A program made the position numbers and the translations under genes. The notes beneath the pieces are model-generated. The model was not told the origin of the DNA and did not search any database. It saw only the letters and a program-made list of their open reading frames with translations. 64,000 nt of DNA from an uncultured Gammaproteobacteria bacterium (lineage in GTDB: Bacteria > Pseudomonadota > Gammaproteobacteria > Magnimaribacterales > D2472), in the NCBI GenBank assembly GCA_964546275.1, contig CAZJJG010000001.1:9319-73318 (forward strand). Direction: 5' to 3'. How positions within the stretch are numbered: the first letter of the stretch is position 1; each line of letters opens with the position of its first letter. Shown one piece after another: positions 19,924 to 29,914 of the stretch.

Positions 19924-20863
19924 CTGCTAAGCTCAGTTTAGAAATAAAATATCTGAATGCATGTGATTCATTGATACTTGAAACTTTATAAATCAAGCTT
20001 CTTAGATCATTGAGCTCATCTAATGAATTAGAAAGCAAATCTCTAGATAAATAAACGCTATTTAAAGCTACGAACTTTCCTGAATAAGGTGTATTCCCTA
20101 GATCAGACTTCAGTAAGGTTTTAAAAAAATCAATGAGGAGGTTTACCTTGTCTATAACAGGCATATCCATGTCTAATAAGTATTTCACTGTATCATTTAC
20201 ACTCAGATCATTTGTACAAAAACGTAACATAGCATTAGAAAAATTTTTATATTCCGAATCAACACCCTCATCTATATGCTTAAGAATATCTAAAGGGGCT
20301 AGATAAGCCGGGTAATCATAAAAATTAAAATCTGAGATACCTTGTAATTTTATCCAATCAGATAATTCAGATTGATCTAAATCTTTAAGAATAATTTTAT
20401 TACACCTGCTGTAGATAGTTGCATTTAGAGATTTGCGTTTACTTGATGTCATTAGAATAAATGTATTTGGATTTGGCTCTTCAAGAGTTTTTAAGATAGC
20501 ATTTTGTGAAGCTATATTCATATTTTCACAATTATTTAAAATAATAATTTTACATTTAGATACGGATGATGAAAGAACTGAAAAATCAATCATTCCTCTA
20601 ATTTCATCAACAAGTATTTTTGAATCATCATCGTTTATAAAAAGATCTGGATGTGTTGATTCATTAAATAAATTACAAGAATGGCAGCCATTACAGGAGT
20701 GAATATCGGATTCTAGACATAGTAGTGTTTTTGCAATTTCCTCTACCAGTAATGATTTACCAAGACCCCTGCTACCTTCAATCAAAGTTGAGTGAGGTAA
20801 TGTAGATAGATTTAAATCTTTAAATTTTAAAGAAAGCCATGGATAGCTAGCTATATTGTTCAT
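19913..20863 (-). CDS. holB: DNA polymerase III delta' subunit
   Basis: 'GSRGLGKSLL' P-loop-like motif, the Cys cluster 'CLESDIHSCNGCHSCNLF', 'HPD', and its position after tmk. Confidence 0.8.
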   Translation of the reverse strand: MNNIASYPWLSLKFKDLNLSTLPHSTLIEGSRGLGKSLLVEEIAKTLLCLESDIHSCNGCHSCNLFNESTHPDLFINDDDSKILVDEIRGMIDFSVLSSSVSKCKIIILNNCENMNIASQNAILKTLEEPNPNTFILMTSSKRKSLNATIYSRCNKIILKDLDQSELSDWIKLQGISDFNFYDYPAYLAPLDILKHIDEGVDSEYKNFSNAMLRFCTNDLSVNDTVKYLLDMDMPVIDKVNLLIDFFKTLLKSDLGNTPYSGKFVALNSVYLSRDLLSNSLDELNDLRSLIYKVSSINESHAFRYFISKLSLAVKQ

Positions 20864-21459
20864 AACAAAGGGTTAGCATGCGATAGAACCTTTTTTGATA
20901 TCACAGTTAAATCTTGTGATGCATCAATAACTTTTATTCTAGATGGATTCTGGGAGGCTTCTTCTAAATAACCTTTTCTTACATTATTAAAAAAATCTAT
21001 GCCTGCAAGCTCTATTCTATCCATTTTATCTGATGATTTTCTTTTAAATCCTTCAACAGGATCCAGATCTAGCAAGATAGTTAAATCAGGGACTGGGCAG
21101 TTAATATTATCAATTAATGACTTTATAAAAGAGATATCTAAACCCCTGCCATAACCTTGATAAGCTATAGATGCATCGTAAAATCTGTCACATAGAATAA
21201 AATCAGTAGAGGGGTTATTCAATAACGAATTAACCATTTGAGCTCTTGAGGCAAACATGAGTAATAACTCAGCTTCAGAGGAAATATCATGATCACTATT
21301 TAAAAGTAAATTTCTAACATCTTCACCAAAATCTGTAGAGCCTGGCTCTCTTATAATAGAAGAGGTATAACCTAAACTTACTATGTGATCTTGAAGTAAT
21401 TCAATTTGTGTTGATTTACCAACTCCTTCGATACCTTCAAATGTTATTAATTTCATCAT
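20860..21459 (-). CDS. tmk: Thymidylate kinase
   Basis: 'ITFEGIEGVGKSTQ', 'DRF..S..AYQG' and the lid region. Confidence 0.9.
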   Translation of the reverse strand: MMKLITFEGIEGVGKSTQIELLQDHIVSLGYTSSIIREPGSTDFGEDVRNLLLNSDHDISSEAELLLMFASRAQMVNSLLNNPSTDFILCDRFYDASIAYQGYGRGLDISFIKSLIDNINCPVPDLTILLDLDPVEGFKRKSSDKMDRIELAGIDFFNNVRKGYLEEASQNPSRIKVIDASQDLTVISKKVLSHANPLL

Positions 21460-22415
21460 TGTAATTGGTAAAGTTTAACAGCCTCTAAGTGTTCGTTGTA
21501 TGTTTTTGAAAAATAATGGGAACCTTCTTTATTAGCTACGAAATACAGATAATCACCAGGCTCAGATAATATTGCTGCTTCTATGGAAGATTTGCTTGAA
21601 ATTGCTATGGAGGTTGGAGGCAAACCTTTAATTACGTAGGTATTAAATTTATTATTTTTATCTTTAATATCTTTTCTTTTGATGTCACCGTCAAAACTTG
21701 GAAGTAATCCATAAATAATAGTTGGGTCTGCTTGAAGCTTCATGCCAAGTGAAAGTCGTTGCAAGAAAACAGATGAGATCATTCCTTTTTCTTCATCATT
21801 ACCTGCCTCCTTCTCAACTATAGAGGCTAAAATTAAAGCTTCATCTATACTCTTAAGAGGATTGGTCTCTGGCTTATCTATCCAGATAGTTTGTAAAAAA
21901 TTAACAAGGTTTTGTGAACTTGTTGTTAAAATATTAGAAGCCTTCATACCCTTTTTATAAAAAAAGGTATCAGGAATAATCATGCCTTCATTGAAGCCAT
22001 AAATAGGCTCTAAACATGATAATTCTATGCAATCTTGTATGAGAGATGAATTATTTATAAGCTCGGTAACATCATATTTATTCATGCCTGGAATAATAGT
22101 AATTTGATGAGTTATGGTTTTGCCTTTAATAAATTGATTGTGTATCTCAAACAGTGATTTATTTAAAATATCATATTCACCAGCTTGATAATTACCTGAA
22201 TTAATTAAAAGAAAAATCTTTAAAAAAATATTTTCAATAAAAGTATTATCTTCATTTAGTGATTTCAGTATTAATGAATTAGGTAAACCGTTTTGAATAA
22301 TAAAAATATGGTTATTTGAATATGATAAAACTGATATATAACTTTTATAAGGACCGGCTATTAGTGAAAAACTAATAGTAAATATTAAAAATATTTTAAA
22401 TACTGTTGTTTTCAA
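21456..22415 (-). CDS. mltG: Endolytic murein transglycosylase MltG (YceG family)
   Basis: N-terminal TM segment, 'ALILASIVEKEAG' (catalytic Glu region), 'NTYVIKGLPPTSIA' and 'YLYFVA...G.H.FS.TY.EH'. Confidence 0.8.
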   Translation of the reverse strand: MKTTVFKIFLIFTISFSLIAGPYKSYISVLSYSNNHIFIIQNGLPNSLILKSLNEDNTFIENIFLKIFLLINSGNYQAGEYDILNKSLFEIHNQFIKGKTITHQITIIPGMNKYDVTELINNSSLIQDCIELSCLEPIYGFNEGMIIPDTFFYKKGMKASNILTTSSQNLVNFLQTIWIDKPETNPLKSIDEALILASIVEKEAGNDEEKGMISSVFLQRLSLGMKLQADPTIIYGLLPSFDGDIKRKDIKDKNNKFNTYVIKGLPPTSIAISSKSSIEAAILSEPGDYLYFVANKEGSHYFSKTYNEHLEAVKLYQLQ

Positions 22416-23644
22416 TTATATTTTTTAAAGATTAAGGTTGAATTAGTACCGCCAAACCCAAATGAATTATTCATTGCAATATCAACAATTTTTTCTTTTG
22501 CTATATGAGGTGTGAAGTCTAAAAGAGTATTAGGATCTTGGTTATCTAGATTAATAGTTGGGGGAACTATCCCGCTTGTAATTGAAAGTATGCTAAATAT
22601 TGATTCTATAGCTCCAGCAGCACCAAGCGTATGACCGGTCATAGACTTAGTAGAGCTTATTGATGGATTAGCATCAATAAATACATTTTTCATTGCTGTA
22701 GCTTCAGCTAAATCTCCTAGTGGTGTAGAGGTTCCATGAGCATTTATATAGTCAATTTCTTTAACATTTAATTGAGCATCATTAATAGCATTCATCATAG
22801 AAAGTGCAGCACCTTCTCCAGATTCCGGAGGTGCAGTCATATGATGTGCATCAGAGCTAGTTCCAAATCCTATTACTTCGGCATAAATATTAGCTTTTCT
22901 TTTTAAAGCATGATCAAGGTCTTCTAAGATAATTGCACCAGCGCCATCAGATAATACAAATCCATCACGATCTATATCCCAAGGCCTACTTGCAGATAAT
23001 GGATTTGAGTTTGTAGATAAAGCTCGTGCAGCAATAAATCCTGAAATTGCCAAAGGCGTGCTAGCCATTTCACTACCCCCAGCTACCATAATATCTGCCT
23101 CACCATATGCTATAGATCTTGCGGCTGTTCCAATAGAGTGACTACCAGAGGAGCAAGCTGAAACGCTACTCATGTTTGAGCCTTTTAAACCATATTTAAT
23201 TGAGATAAAACCAGAGGTCATATTAATAATTGAACCAGGCACAAAGAAAGGAGATACTTTTCTGTAACCTTTTTCTAAATATATTTTATGGTTATTTTCA
23301 ATAGTTTGAATGCCGCCAATACCTGAACCAAAATTAACACCAGCTCTAGACAAATCACAGTTAGAATCAAGAAATCCTGAATTTGCAATAGCTTGAGAGG
23401 CTGCAGCAACACCATATTGAATAAATGGATCTAAACGTCTAACATCTTTAGGTTCAATATAGGATTCGATATCTAAATCATGAATCCTTCCACCAATAGT
23501 AACAGGTGAATTTTTTATAGAATTATCAAAAGTTGTTATTCCAGACTTACCATTAATACAAGAATCCCATGATGAAGAAACATCATTACCTAAGGGAGTA
23601 ATTAAACCTAATCCAGTAACTACAACTCTTCTTTGTAGTTTCAT
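22412..23644 (-). CDS. fabF: Beta-ketoacyl-ACP synthase II
   Basis: 'RRVVVTGLG', active-site 'SACSSG', 'HGTSTP' and 'GHTLGAAG'. Confidence 0.9.
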   Translation of the reverse strand: MKLQRRVVVTGLGLITPLGNDVSSSWDSCINGKSGITTFDNSIKNSPVTIGGRIHDLDIESYIEPKDVRRLDPFIQYGVAAASQAIANSGFLDSNCDLSRAGVNFGSGIGGIQTIENNHKIYLEKGYRKVSPFFVPGSIINMTSGFISIKYGLKGSNMSSVSACSSGSHSIGTAARSIAYGEADIMVAGGSEMASTPLAISGFIAARALSTNSNPLSASRPWDIDRDGFVLSDGAGAIILEDLDHALKRKANIYAEVIGFGTSSDAHHMTAPPESGEGAALSMMNAINDAQLNVKEIDYINAHGTSTPLGDLAEATAMKNVFIDANPSISSTKSMTGHTLGAAGAIESIFSILSITSGIVPPTINLDNQDPNTLLDFTPHIAKEKIVDIAMNNSFGFGGTNSTLIFKKYN

Positions 23645-23653
23645 CGAGGTAAA

Positions 23654-23884
23654 TTAAGAGTTTGCGTTTATATAAGTTACAGCTTCGTTAACAGTTGAAA
23701 TCTTTTCAGCATCTTCATCGGCAATCTCTAAGTCAAATTCTTCTTCTAAAGCCATTACAAGCTCTACTGTATCTAAAGAATCTGCCCCTAAATCATCCAC
23801 AAAAGATGAATCAACTTGAATTTCTTCAACATCTTTACCTAACTGATCACTCACAATTTTTTTTACTCTATCTTCAACACTCAT
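23654..23884 (-). CDS. acpP: Acyl carrier protein
   Basis: '[20 protein letters not shown]' phosphopantetheine site. Confidence 0.95.
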   Translation of the reverse strand: MSVEDRVKKIVSDQLGKDVEEIQVDSSFVDDLGADSLDTVELVMALEEEFDLEIADEDAEKISTVNEAVTYINANS

Positions 23885-23945
23885 TTGATACTCCTAGAAT
23901 TTTGTGAAACTATTTTAACATCTTTATGAATATATATGCATAGCA

Positions 23946-24665
23946 TTAATACATAAATAATCCGCCATCAACTGAAATGGTTTGACCTGTAATATATGAA
24001 GCTTGTTCACTAGCAAGATATAAAGCTAGATTGGATATATCATCTGTGTGGCCAAGTCTTTGTAATGGTATACCTTTAATAATCTCTGCCTTACCTTCAT
24101 CAGTTAAAAATGCGGTCATATCAGTTTCAATGAAACCAGGAGCTATAGAGTTTACAGTTATATTTCTGCTACCAATTTCTTTAGCTAATGATTTAGTAAA
24201 GCCACCTAAAGCTGCTTTGGCTGAAGAGTAGTTAACTTGACCAGGGTTGCCCATTAAGCCTGAAACAGATGAAATATTAATTATTCTTCCAGCTTTAGAT
24301 TTAATAAGATGTTTCATAAAAACTTTAGTGATATTAAATACACCATTTAAATTAGTATCGATAACACTATCCCAGTCATCATCTGACATTCTTAGAAATA
24401 ATTGGTCTGATGTTATTCCGGCATTATTAATAATAATACTAGGCATTAAGTCTTGTTCTTTTAGATTACTAGCAAGGGATTTAATATTATCTCTATTAGT
24501 AACATCTAATTGCATGGATATCATTTTTGAATCTTTATTTACTGGAGTAAAATCAAATTTTGATCTAGCTGTTCCAATAACATCATACCCATTAACATTA
24601 AAAGCATTGGCCATTGCTAAACCTATTCCTTTGGATGCGCCAGTTATAAAAACTATATTGTTCAT
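23946..24665 (-). CDS. fabG: 3-oxoacyl-ACP reductase
   Basis: 'TGASKGIG', 'NNAGIT', 'YSSAKAA', and its position between fabD and acpP. Confidence 0.9.
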   Translation of the reverse strand: MNNIVFITGASKGIGLAMANAFNVNGYDVIGTARSKFDFTPVNKDSKMISMQLDVTNRDNIKSLASNLKEQDLMPSIIINNAGITSDQLFLRMSDDDWDSVIDTNLNGVFNITKVFMKHLIKSKAGRIINISSVSGLMGNPGQVNYSSAKAALGGFTKSLAKEIGSRNITVNSIAPGFIETDMTAFLTDEGKAEIIKGIPLQRLGHTDDISNLALYLASEQASYITGQTISVDGGLFMY

Positions 24666-25579
24666 ACTAGTTCCTCAAATTGAGATTTAAAGTTGCTGGA
24701 AGACATAAATAGAATATCCTTGATTTCATTCGATTTAGCAATACCAGAGAGTACTTTTCCAGGGCCACATTCTATAACCAGTGAATTTGATTCCTTTAAT
24801 TTACTCATAGTGTGTGACCATTTAACAGAACCTGTTAACTGCTGTATTAAATTAGATTTAATAGTTAATTCATCTTCAGATATTTCGCCTGAGTAATTTT
24901 GTATAACATTAATGGATGGCTTAGCTATAGAAATTTGTTCTAGAAATTCGTTAAAAATTTCTGCTGGTTTTTGCATAAGCAAACAGTGCGAGGCCACACT
25001 TACATTTAATTTTATTGATCTTTTTGCACCTTTTTCTTTGGCAATATCACAAACTTTACTAACCGCAGAATCAGTTCCAGCAATAACTGTTTGCATAGGT
25101 GAGTTTAAATTTGCACAAGATACTATATTATTTTGTGATGAAACCTCTTCACAGATATCATGCAGAACTAATGCATCAAGACCGATAATAGCTGCCATCA
25201 ATCCATTTGGCGCTTCCTCCATCAAGACACCCCTTCTATGTACGAGCTTAAGAGCATCATAAAAATCAATCGCATCCGCTGCTACTAAAGCAGAATATTC
25301 ACCGAGAGAATGACCTGCCATTAGTGTAGGCTTGATATTAGATAGCTTTTTAAATGTTAAGAAATATAAATAAGAAGTTAAAAGTAACGCTGGTTGTGTA
25401 TAAGAGGTTTTATTAAGAGTTTCGTCCGAATCAGAATTAATAATTGACTTGATATCAAAATTTAATAAATCAGATGACTTATTGATAATATCTATATGAG
25501 AATGAGTGAGCTCTTCGGAAAGCATACCCAGATGTTGAGAGCCTTGACCTGGAAAAATTAAACTAATTTCCCTAGGCAT
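24662..25579 (-). CDS. fabD: Malonyl-CoA:ACP transacylase
   Basis: 'FPGQGSQ' and 'GHSLGEYSALV'. Confidence 0.9.
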   Translation of the reverse strand: MPREISLIFPGQGSQHLGMLSEELTHSHIDIINKSSDLLNFDIKSIINSDSDETLNKTSYTQPALLLTSYLYFLTFKKLSNIKPTLMAGHSLGEYSALVAADAIDFYDALKLVHRRGVLMEEAPNGLMAAIIGLDALVLHDICEEVSSQNNIVSCANLNSPMQTVIAGTDSAVSKVCDIAKEKGAKRSIKLNVSVASHCLLMQKPAEIFNEFLEQISIAKPSINVIQNYSGEISEDELTIKSNLIQQLTGSVKWSHTMSKLKESNSLVIECGPGKVLSGIAKSNEIKDILFMSSSNFKSQFEELV

Positions 25580-25582
25580 TAA

Positions 25583-25792
25583 TTACTCCTCAGCTTGGTC
25601 TTCGTCTTCCTTGATTGGTTTTCTTAGATCTTTAACTAATCTTCCTTTGTAAAAACCATCTGCTGTCATTTGATGACGAACATGTCTTTCACCTGAAACT
25701 TGATCGGTAGATAGTGTTGATGCAGATAGAGAATCATGAGATCTTCTCATTCCTCTTCTTGATCTGGTAACCTTACTTTTTTGAACTGCCAT
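25583..25792 (-). CDS. rpmF: 50S ribosomal protein L32, with an acidic C-terminal extension
   Basis: '[20 protein letters not shown]...SGE.H.RH..T.DG.Y.G'. Confidence 0.95.
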   Translation of the reverse strand: MAVQKSKVTRSRRGMRRSHDSLSASTLSTDQVSGERHVRHQMTADGFYKGRLVKDLRKPIKEDEDQAEE

Positions 25793-25850
25793 GATGTACC
25801 TTAAAAAAAACGTATCCTAACAAACTAAAATAGATTTGTGTAGCTATATA

Positions 25851-26768
25851 TTAATTTAAATAGGTAATTAAATCAGCAAAAGAAGCATCTAATGGTGCTT
25901 CTATTTTTATTAGATTATTCTCCTCGTCTTTAAATTCTATTAATTTGGCATGCAAAGCCATAGATCTTACGCCTGAAATTGAAATGAACTTATTAAAATC
26001 TTTATCGCCATATTTAATGTCATTTGCAACATGATGGTTTAAAGCTTCTGCCTGCACTCTTATTTGATGAGTTCTTCCAGAATAAATATCAATTTCAACT
26101 AAAGTAGATTTTTTTAAATTTTTTACAGGCCTAAAAAGGGAACTTGCATACTTGCCAGACTCGTTAAGATCAACTTTGTAGTCATTAGATGATTTATTGG
26201 TGTTTATATTGCCATCTATAAATAATTCATCCTTAAACTTGCCTTTAAGAACTGCTATATAGGTTTTTTTCAAATCTTTATCCCTATTTGCTAAATTTTT
26301 ATTAAAAAATCTCAGTGCAGTTTTATTTTTGGCAAATACTAAACATCCAGATGTCTCTTTATCTAGTCTATGACAAAGGTCAATTGTCTCTGTATAAAAA
26401 GCTCTAACTATATCTATTACTCCAATTCCATTGCCAGATCCGCTATGAACTGCGATACCGTTTGGTTTATTTAAGACTATATAGTTGGCATCCTCATATA
26501 AAACTAGAGTTTTATACTTATCTTGAAGTTTAGCTGAGATCTTTCTTTCAATTTTATTTGTATTGTTAAGATATGGTGGAATTCTAACAATATCACCCTC
26601 TTTGACTTTATATAGGGGCTTAATTCTTCCAGAATTGATTCTTACTTCGCCTTTTCTAATCATGCTGTAGACTTTTGATCTAGGTAGCTCTTTGTAAATA
26701 GACATAATAAAGTTGTCTAGGCGCCTATTTGCGTTATCTTTATCTATAGTTATATTTTTGACACTCAT
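25851..26768 (-). CDS. rluC: 23S rRNA pseudouridine synthase, RluA family (RluC-like)
   Basis: An S4-like N-terminus ('RLDNF...SKVYSMIRKGEVRIN') plus 'HRLDKETSGCLVFAKN' and 'GRTHQIR'. Divergent from rne, as in enterics. Confidence 0.8.
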   Translation of the reverse strand: MSVKNITIDKDNANRRLDNFIMSIYKELPRSKVYSMIRKGEVRINSGRIKPLYKVKEGDIVRIPPYLNNTNKIERKISAKLQDKYKTLVLYEDANYIVLNKPNGIAVHSGSGNGIGVIDIVRAFYTETIDLCHRLDKETSGCLVFAKNKTALRFFNKNLANRDKDLKKTYIAVLKGKFKDELFIDGNINTNKSSNDYKVDLNESGKYASSLFRPVKNLKKSTLVEIDIYSGRTHQIRVQAEALNHHVANDIKYGDKDFNKFISISGVRSMALHAKLIEFKDEENNLIKIEAPLDASFADLITYLN

Positions 26769-26950
26769 GAGCGAAGTCTATACGATGGTATTATTAAAGA
26801 CGAACTTTAATAGTATTTAAACTAAATTAAATACATAAATAAAGAAAGACTTAGTAAAACAGAACTTGCCTAAACCCTATTAATGGGTGGACTTAATAAG
26901 CAGCATAGTAAGACTTATTAAATAAAATCTTCAGCATACTGACGCCGGTC

Positions 26951-26966
26951 TTTCCTATATAGGAAA
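26951..26966 (+). promoter_or_regulatory. Perfect 16-nt palindrome in the rne leader that includes the Shine-Dalgarno-like AGGA
   Basis: tttcctatataggaaa is its own reverse complement. Its 3' arm (aggaaa) ends 5 nt before the rne ATG (26972). Confidence 0.3.
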
Positions 26967-26971
26967 AAACA

Positions 26972-29101
26972 ATGAAAAGAATTTTAATAAACTCATCCTA
27001 CGGGAATGAATTGAGAGTTGCTCTTGTTAATGGAGCAAAATTATATGACCTAGATACAGAGCTTAGCGATAAGACACTTTTAAAAGGCAGTATTTTCAAA
27101 GCAACAGTTTCAAGAATAGAATCTAGTCTAGATGCCGCTTTTGTTAACTTTGGATCAGATAGACATGGGTTTCTCCCTCTAAAAGATTTATCTAATGAAT
27201 TTTTTGAAAAGAATTCTGAAGGGAAAAAAGTCTGCACACTTAAAGAACAACAAGAAATTATTGTTCAGGTTACCAAAGAAGAGCGTGGTACTAAAGGAGC
27301 TGCATTAACTACACAAATAGCTTTAGCAGGTCGTTTCTTAGTTTTAATCCCTAACTCAGATAGAGCTGGTGGAATATCAAGAAGAATAAGTGGTGAAGAA
27401 AGAGATGACATCAAGGAAGCTTTAAAAGAACTTTCTATTCCTGATGGAATGGGAGCTATTGTAAGAACAGCTGGTCTTGGAAGGTCATCAGAAGAACTAA
27501 GCTTAGATTTAGCCTACTTGTTAGCTCTATGGGGTCAAATTAGCCAAACTACAGAAGAAGCACCCTCTCCTAGCCTTATATACAAAGACGATAAATTAAT
27601 AGTAAGGGTTGTTAAAGATTATTTTAGAGATGATATTGAAGAAATACTTATTGATGATCAAGCAACCTATGATGAAGCTAAGCAATTTATAAATGCTGTA
27701 ATTCCTGATCATGCTGATAAAGTTAAATTTTATGATGAAGAAATTCCATTATTTAATAGATATCAAATTGAGGCTCAAATAGAGCTTGCATTTCAAAGAG
27801 AGATATCACTTCCATCTGGAGGTTCAATAGTAATTGACCCTACTGAGGCTATGACTGCAGTTGATGTAAATTCTGCAAGATCTACGAAAGGTAAAGATAT
27901 TGAAGATACTGCTTATCAAACAAATCTAGAAGCTGCTAAAGAAGTTGCAAGGCAACTTAGGCTTAGAGATATAGGCGGACTCATTGTTATTGATTTTATC
28001 GATATGAGCGAATCATCAAATCAAGAAAAAGTTGAAAATGCATTTAGAAGATCAGTACATGGAGATAGAGCTAGAGTTCAAATATCTAATATATCTAGAT
28101 TTGGACTTTTAGAAATTTCACGTCAAAGATTAAGACCTTCACTTAACGAAACTTATGACATTGAGCATGTTTTAGTTAGAGGACCTAGATCGTTAGGTCT
28201 ATCAATTCTGAGAATTATTTCTGAAGATTCAATTAAAGAAAATACTGGTGAAGTTCATGCTTATGTTCCAGCAGATGTAGCAAGTTATCTTTTAAATGAA
28301 AAGCGAAACGAATTAATAAGAATTGAGAAAGCTAGTGGAGTTAAGGTTTATGTAATAGCTGATCCTTATAAACCACGTCCACACTACAAGGTAGTAAGAA
28401 TTAAAGCTTCTGATATTAAGTCCGTTAATTCTTATGAGCTGACTCCTGAGAGTCCAACACCTGATATGAATTGGAGAGATGATAAAAATCAATCCAAAGC
28501 ATTAAAACCACTAGTGAATTCAATTACACCGCCTAAGATGCCAAAGAAAGCTGGGCCTGGATTAATGGCTACAATTAAAAAAGCTATCGGAATGAATAAG
28601 AAAGAAGAAACGAAGCCTTCACCAAAAAGGAAACCTCAGAATAGAAACCAACAACGCAGGAAGCCGGTTCACAAAAACCAATCTCAGAATAAAAATAATC
28701 CCAAGCCTCAGAATAAAAATAATGAGAATAAAGCTCCTAATAAACCTAATCATGATAAGTCTGCTCAACAGAAAAAGCCTATACATACTGATAAGAATAA
28801 ACAACCAAATAATAACAAGAACATTAAACCTAAAGAGGTTACAGCTGAAGAGGTTAATGGTAATTTAAAAACTGATAATCAAAAAACTGTAAAAGCTAAG
28901 ATTGTCGATAAAAAGGTTGAAAAAAAAGTAGAGAAGAAAACAGAAGCAAAAGTTGAAAAAAAGCCAGAGCAGAAAGCTGAGAAAAAGCCAGAGCAGAAGG
29001 TTGAGAAAACTAGTGGATTAAAACCTGTACCTGCTGCTAAACCTAAAGAAAAGGTTGTTATGCCAACTAGAGCTTCAAACGATCCTCGATATAAGAGTTA
29101 A
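26972..29101 (+). CDS. rne: Ribonuclease E (short form: catalytic N-terminal half plus a low-complexity tail of ~200 aa)
   Basis: 'MKRILINSS...ELRVALV', S1 domain 'IFKATVSRIESSLDAAFVNFG', 'IDPTEAMTAVDVNSAR', 'GGLIVIDFIDM' and 'ISRFGLLEISRQR'. The tail is K/N/Q/P-rich. Confidence 0.9.
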   Translation: MKRILINSSYGNELRVALVNGAKLYDLDTELSDKTLLKGSIFKATVSRIESSLDAAFVNFGSDRHGFLPLKDLSNEFFEKNSEGKKVCTLKEQQEIIVQVTKEERGTKGAALTTQIALAGRFLVLIPNSDRAGGISRRISGEERDDIKEALKELSIPDGMGAIVRTAGLGRSSEELSLDLAYLLALWGQISQTTEEAPSPSLIYKDDKLIVRVVKDYFRDDIEEILIDDQATYDEAKQFINAVIPDHADKVKFYDEEIPLFNRYQIEAQIELAFQREISLPSGGSIVIDPTEAMTAVDVNSARSTKGKDIEDTAYQTNLEAAKEVARQLRLRDIGGLIVIDFIDMSESSNQEKVENAFRRSVHGDRARVQISNISRFGLLEISRQRLRPSLNETYDIEHVLVRGPRSLGLSILRIISEDSIKENTGEVHAYVPADVASYLLNEKRNELIRIEKASGVKVYVIADPYKPRPHYKVVRIKASDIKSVNSYELTPESPTPDMNWRDDKNQSKALKPLVNSITPPKMPKKAGPGLMATIKKAIGMNKKEETKPSPKRKPQNRNQQRRKPVHKNQSQNKNNPKPQNKNNENKAPNKPNHDKSAQQKKPIHTDKNKQPNNNKNIKPKEVTAEEVNGNLKTDNQKTVKAKIVDKKVEKKVEKKTEAKVEKKPEQKAEKKPEQKVEKTSGLKPVPAAKPKEKVVMPTRASNDPRYKS
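28955..29002 (+). repeat. Two tandem 24-nt coding repeats (EKKPEQKA / EKKPEQKV) inside a wider VEKK-type array in the rne tail
   Basis: gaaaaaaagccagagcagaaagct / gagaaaaagccagagcagaaggtt, read directly from the sequence. Confidence 0.6.
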
Positions 29102-29888
29102 TTAATCTTCCTGCGATAGAGGTTGGTGGCGGAACATTTGGTAGATCATTTACATCAAACCATGCTGCCTCTTCTATCTCTTCACCGTCAGGCTCAGGAT
29201 CTCCATCCGGACATTCACAGTAATACCCAATCATAAGTTGACTTGGAAATGGCCATGCTTGGCTTGAGTAATATGTAATATTATGAACATTTAGATTTAC
29301 TTCCTCACTCACTTCGCGAACCAATGCTTCTTCTGCTGTTTCTCCAGCTTCGATAAAACCGGCTAAAGCACTAAACATACCTAAAGGGAAAAGCTTATTT
29401 CTAGCTAACAATATTTTATTATCTCTTGTTACAAGAGTAATTATGCAGGGTGAAATAGTTGGATAGGTAAAGATGTTTTTACATTTGCAGTAAAATGTTT
29501 GCTCAGTTTCTTCAAATATATTCTTGGTTCCACATGATGAACAATATGTATTATTTGTATACCAATGCAGTAATTGTTTTGCTCTACTAACAAGTTTAAA
29601 TTCATCACTGTTTAAATTAGGAAGCATATAACGTAAATCAATTTGATCTAGAGGCTCTAAACTTATATTTTTTGTTCCTATAGATTCAAGCTGAATAGCA
29701 TAAATATGCTGATCATCATTAACAGCAATGCCAATTCTATATTTTTCGTAATCAGAATCTAAATAAAGATTATTTGGTTCAAATAAGTAAGATTTATTAG
29801 TATTATCGTATAAAATTGCATCACCATTAAAAAGAATAAATGAATTATTGTTAGTGTTGCTGAATTCTATAAATCTTTTTAAGAGCAT
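29067..29888 (-). CDS. nudC: NADH pyrophosphatase (Nudix hydrolase NudC)
   Basis: Zinc ribbon '[10 protein letters not shown]...YCKC' and Nudix box '[22 protein letters not shown]'. I prefer the internal ATG at 29888 (MLLKRF...). The longest ORF reaches 29960 and would overlap nhaB. Confidence 0.75.
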   Translation of the reverse strand: MLLKRFIEFSNTNNNSFILFNGDAILYDNTNKSYLFEPNNLYLDSDYEKYRIGIAVNDDQHIYAIQLESIGTKNISLEPLDQIDLRYMLPNLNSDEFKLVSRAKQLLHWYTNNTYCSSCGTKNIFEETEQTFYCKCKNIFTYPTISPCIITLVTRDNKILLARNKLFPLGMFSALAGFIEAGETAEEALVREVSEEVNLNVHNITYYSSQAWPFPSQLMIGYYCECPDGDPEPDGEEIEEAAWFDVNDLPNVPPPTSIAGRLINSYIEDRLKL

Positions 29889-29914
29889 ATAATTATAAGA
29901 CGGAGTTAAATAAG

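Noticed and set aside
28600-29010. Repetitive DNA in the rne 3' region as a possible CRISPR array, VNTR or mobile repeat
   Set aside because: The repeats are in-frame, only about two clean 24-nt copies, and encode low-complexity Lys-rich protein sequence. There are no spacers or repeat-spacer periodicity.
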